Assembly: GCA_021848045.1 (NCBI GenBank)
Contig: JAJZNC010000004.1
Coordinates: forward strand, 8,611 to 72,610
DNA: 64,000 nucleotides
DNA from: an archaeon
GTDB taxonomy: Archaea; Thermoproteota; Nitrososphaeria; Nitrososphaerales; Gagatemarchaeaceae
Direction of reading: 5' to 3'
Position numbers and translations under genes: made by a program. Numbering within the stretch: position 1 is the stretch's first letter; every line of letters starts with the position of its first letter. The notes under the pieces were generated by a model that was not told the DNA's origin, ran no database searches, and saw nothing but the letters and a program-made list of their open reading frames with translations. Of the stretch, positions 61,386 through 64,000 are shown in pieces.

Positions 61386-61997
61386 TCAGTCCTGCGTGAG
61401 CCTGCGGAACTCGTCCGCAGACCTCGCCCTGAGCGCAGGGTTCCGCTCCTTCTCCTCCCCGAGGGTCCTGAACGGCGCCTCCCCGTAGTCGTGCCCCGGA
61501 TAGACGACGGTCTCGTCTGGCAGGGCCATCAGGACGTCGTGCAGGCTCGCGAACAGCTCGTCGGGGGACCCGCCCGGGAGGTCTGTCCGCCCCCACGCGT
61601 CGACGAAGAGCGTGTCCCCCGTGAAGACGTTCTCTCCGTCGTAGTAGCAGACGCTGTCCTTCGTGTGGCCGGGGGTGTGCATCACCAGGACGTCCCTGCC
61701 GCCGATGCTCAGCGCGTCCCCGTCCGCCACCGAGACCTTGGGCTTGGCCTGGGAGCCTTCGAAGGCCACCGTGACGGCGCGCAGCTCGGCCGCCAGGCGG
61801 TCGATGGACCGCACGTGGTCGTAGTGCGCGTGGGTCGCGCAGACGTACTTCACCCTCATCTTCTCGCTCGACGCCACCCGCGTTATGGGCTCGGTCTCCC
61901 AGCCGGAGTCGACCGCGAGCGCCTCCCGGCTCCCCTCCTCCATCAGCAGGTACGCGAAGTTCTCCATCGGCCCTACCGGGATCTGGAAGACCCTCAA
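61386..61997 (-). CDS. Metallo-beta-lactamase fold hydrolase (glyoxalase II-like)
   Basis: ATHAHYDHV (HxHxDH), HTPGHT, TGDTLF, PGHDY. Confidence 0.8.
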   Translation of the reverse strand: MRVFQIPVGPMENFAYLLMEEGSREALAVDSGWETEPITRVASSEKMRVKYVCATHAHYDHVRSIDRLAAELRAVTVAFEGSQAKPKVSVADGDALSIGGRDVLVMHTPGHTKDSVCYYDGENVFTGDTLFVDAWGRTDLPGGSPDELFASLHDVLMALPDETVVYPGHDYGEAPFRTLGEEKERNPALRARSADEFRRLTQD

Positions 61998-62650
61998 CCC
62001 GCCGTGCCCTCCTCCCTGATGCCTATAGGCAAGACCACCAGCTCGCCGGTGTGCTCCTCCCTCCCCCTCAGCCCCGTCTTGGGGCGGTGCAGCGCGAGGG
62101 TCACATCCGCCACGACTGCAGGGTCGCTGACGGACCCAGTCTCCGGGTCTATCCCCGACGGAAGGTCGACGGCCACCCTCGCCCCCCTCGAGGCGTTGAC
62201 CAAGGAGATCGCCGATGCGTAGGGCTCCCTCACTGGCCCAGCCCTGACCCCCGTCCCGAAGATGGCGGCCACGACCACGTCTGCCGAGGTGACCGCCTCC
62301 GAGGCCTCTGCGAGCGCCTCCGGGTCCTCGGCGACGCGCAGCCGGGCCCGGGTCCCGCCGAGCGCCTCCCAGCTCTCGCGCGCCTCCTCCGTCCGGATCG
62401 CGGCCGGCGCGACGAGCAGCACCACGGTTACGTCGAAGCGGGAGGAGAGGTGCCTCGCCGCGACGAGCCCGTCGCCCCCGTTGTTGCCGCCCCCACAGAC
62501 GACGCAGACCTTTCTCGCCTCCGGATACCTGGCCTCGACGAACCGGGCGACCGCACTCCCCGCGTTCTCCATCAGGTCCTTCACCGAGAGCCCGTACCTC
62601 GCCGCCCCTGCCTCCAGCTCCTTCATGGCGTCGGGGGTGATGTACTCCAA
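61994..62650 (-). CDS. nnrE: NAD(P)H-hydrate epimerase (YjeF N-terminal domain)
   Basis: (M)EYITPDAMKELEAGAARYGLSVKDLMENAG, CGGGNNGGDG, DLPSG. Trimmed to TTG 62650. TTGA overlap with the downstream MBL gene. Confidence 0.82.
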   Translation of the reverse strand: MEYITPDAMKELEAGAARYGLSVKDLMENAGSAVARFVEARYPEARKVCVVCGGGNNGGDGLVAARHLSSRFDVTVVLLVAPAAIRTEEARESWEALGGTRARLRVAEDPEALAEASEAVTSADVVVAAIFGTGVRAGPVREPYASAISLVNASRGARVAVDLPSGIDPETGSVSDPAVVADVTLALHRPKTGLRGREEHTGELVVLPIGIREEGTAG

Positions 62651-62680
62651 TGCAGGGCGTCCTCGATGCGGCGAATCAGG

Positions 62681-62688
62681 TTTATCAA
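62681..62688. promoter_or_regulatory. TATA-like element TTTATCAA between divergent nnrE and the thioesterase gene
   Basis: Centred 30 nt upstream of ATG 62714 and 34 nt upstream of TTG 62650. Confidence 0.45.
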
Positions 62689-62713
62689 CCGTCCCGCCGT
62701 CGCGACCAACGAC

Positions 62714-63208
62714 ATGAGCCGAAGGGCTGGCGGGAAGGGAGTATCCCTCTCCCAGATGACCACCGTGAGGTTGATGATGCCGACCGACGGGAACGTCCAG
62801 GGGAACGTCTTCGGCGGCGCGATAATGCGGTACATGGACGAGGTCGCCGGGATAGTCGCCTTCCAGCACGCTCGCACGAACGTCGTCACCGCATCGATAG
62901 ACCGGATGGACTTCTTCGCCCCCGTGTACGTGGGAAACCTCCTCATCCTCAAGGCGTCGGTGAACTACGTCGGGAGGACGTCCATGGAGGTGGGCGTGAG
63001 GATAGAGGCGGAGGACCCCCTGACCGGAGAGACCACGCACACCTGCTCCAGCTATCTGACCTTCGTGGCGATCGACGGCGACGGGCGACCCACCCCCATC
63101 AAGCCGGTGGTCCCGGCGACGCCAGACGAGAAGAGGCGGTTCGCCGAGGCCAGGCTGCGGAGGAATGCAAGGGAGGGCTCGCTCGCGCGGAGGAAGAAAT
63201 CCGTTTGA
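62714..63208 (+). CDS. Acyl-CoA thioesterase (hotdog fold, YciA/BFIT type)
   Basis: MPTDGNVQGNVFGGAIMRYMDEVAGIVA, SIDRMDFFAPVYVG, TFVAID. Confidence 0.82.
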   Translation: MSRRAGGKGVSLSQMTTVRLMMPTDGNVQGNVFGGAIMRYMDEVAGIVAFQHARTNVVTASIDRMDFFAPVYVGNLLILKASVNYVGRTSMEVGVRIEAEDPLTGETTHTCSSYLTFVAIDGDGRPTPIKPVVPATPDEKRRFAEARLRRNAREGSLARRKKSV

Positions 63209-63269
63209 TACGCGGTTCAAAGAATATAGAGTCGCGGGGTGTTAACCTCGCCGTGGGAACCTACCCCCG

Positions 63270-63623
63270 ATGAGCTTCTCAGACGTCCTTCGTCTGGCGG
63301 GCGTGGGGCAGAGAGACGCCGCGGCGATCCTCCTGAAGGAGGAGTTCGGGAAGCTCCAGTCCCCCGAGCAGAGGGTCAACCTGTGCAGGTGGATCGCGAG
63401 CTGCTTCGAGGGGCTCCGCGACTACGGGAGCGCGGCGGAGTGGTACGAGATGACCGGGCTGCTCTCGCTCGGAGAGACGAGCAGCGACGCCGCCAACGCC
63501 ATACGCGCGCTCCCTGAGTACGAAAAGGCGCGCCAGTTCTACACCCTCTGCGAGGACGACGAGAAGGTCGAGCTCTGCGACTCGGTGATAGCGCAGCTCA
63601 AGGGATGCTTCGCCGGCTCGTAG
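63270..63623 (+). CDS. Hypothetical protein (helical, possibly TPR-like)
   Basis: 117-aa ORF with genome-typical codon bias. No recognisable motifs. Confidence 0.45.
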   Translation: MSFSDVLRLAGVGQRDAAAILLKEEFGKLQSPEQRVNLCRWIASCFEGLRDYGSAAEWYEMTGLLSLGETSSDAANAIRALPEYEKARQFYTLCEDDEKVELCDSVIAQLKGCFAGS

Positions 63624-63625
63624 CG

Positions 63626-63784
63626 CTACTTCGGACTTTCCTTGCCCATGGCGGCGCGCCTGTTCGCCATCTTGGTGTAGCAGGAGACGCAGATGAACTC
63701 CTCCTTGGTGCCTATCTTGAACGGCTTGGCTTCAGACTTTAGCTCTGCGTCGCAGAGGTAGCACTTCAGCTCCAGCTCGACCAA
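63626..63784 (-). CDS. Hypothetical small Zn-ribbon protein (52 aa)
   Basis: Below the track cut-off. (M)VELELKCYLCDAELKSEAKPFKIGTKEEFICVSCYTKMANRRAAMGKESPK has CxxC..CxxC. TTG 63784 sits 1 nt after the Hjc-like stop. Confidence 0.4.
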   Translation of the reverse strand: MVELELKCYLCDAELKSEAKPFKIGTKEEFICVSCYTKMANRRAAMGKESPK

Positions 63785-63785
63785 C

Positions 63786-64000
63786 TCACCTGCGCGCCCG
63801 AAGCCGCCTCTTCTCCAGCCGACCCCTCCCCTTGAAGTGCCAAATCTCTGCGTCGGCGTTGAACGCCTCAGCCCATTTAACCAATTCCTTCGCCTCCTCG
63901 GCCTTGACCCTCGCCTTGCCGTTCTTCACCTGCACAAGCAGGGTCGCCCCGAGCTTGGCCGCGAAGACGTCGACCGGGCTGTGGGAGCCGGCGCTCCGCG
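63786..64000 (-). CDS. Hjc-like PD-(D/E)XK nuclease, C-terminal ~71 codons (start beyond window end)
   Basis: My translation is ..SAGSHSPVDVFAAKLGATLLVQVKNGKARVKAEEAKELVKWAEAFNADAEIWHFKGRGRLEKRRLRARR*. This resembles the Hjc core SGS..P.D..A.k....l.iE.K, but with Q where Hjc has the catalytic E. Confidence 0.45.
   Translation of the reverse strand, partial: RSAGSHSPVDVFAAKLGATLLVQVKNGKARVKAEEAKELVKWAEAFNADAEIWHFKGRGRLEKRRLRARR

Noticed and set aside
1-64000. CRISPR arrays, tRNA/rRNA genes, transposases, integrases or prophage-like islands
   Set aside because: I found no regularly spaced repeats, no T-loop/acceptor-like tRNA signatures in the spacers, and no integrase or transposase motifs. 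The only mobile elements seen are the two mcm inteins. This was an eye scan only, so short elements could be missed.

Overview
High-GC archaeal chromosomal segment (mid-60s % by eye, not computed), very gene-dense, with about 70 protein genes. I found no rRNA, tRNA or CRISPR array. All calls come from reading translations for family motifs; no homology search was run.

Gene content:
- Replication and repair: hel308, mcm with two inteins, a GINS-like gene, RFC small subunit, a RecJ/GAN-like DHH protein, fen1, and an Hjc-like fragment.
- A contiguous ~14.7-kb arginine/lysine block: carB-carA, argG-argH, two lysW + ATP-grasp ligase modules, lysY/Z/J/K and an Lrp regulator.
- RNA processing: archease-rtcB, rtcA, aCPSF1, Pop5, TruD, Pth2, and KEOPS genes kae1-bud32 plus pcc1.
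- Proteasome: two beta paralogues and a PAC2-like chaperone.
- Translation: S15, S3Ae, L15e, EF-1beta, HisRS and SerRS.
- Lipid genes: G1P dehydrogenase and a GGR-family reductase.
- An acyl-CoA dehydrogenase / thiolase / DUF35 / SCP2 set.

The LysW pathway, the Sulfolobus-type Zn-ferredoxin, GINS next to mcm, separate kae1 and bud32, and TATA boxes about 30 nt before start codons fit a TACK-like archaeon. The lineage cannot be fixed from this window.

Most notable observations:
1. carB carries an in-frame TGA inside an exact 24-nt insertion in its most conserved N-terminal motif. The insertion folds into a bulge-helix-bulge whose predicted cleavage restores the ORF, so it is a candidate mRNA mini-intron.
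2. Four conserved genes (both lysW copies, rpiA, DUF35) have no ATG/GTG/TTG available and appear to start at CTG. By my assignments TTG starts are about as common as ATG.
3. mcm has two inteins, the second with Ser1, decayed endonuclease motifs and an XRE-like HTH.
4. Two unusually long (332 and 416 nt) GC-rich, hairpin-dense non-coding gaps remain unexplained.
5. One proteasome beta paralogue lacks the catalytic Thr1.
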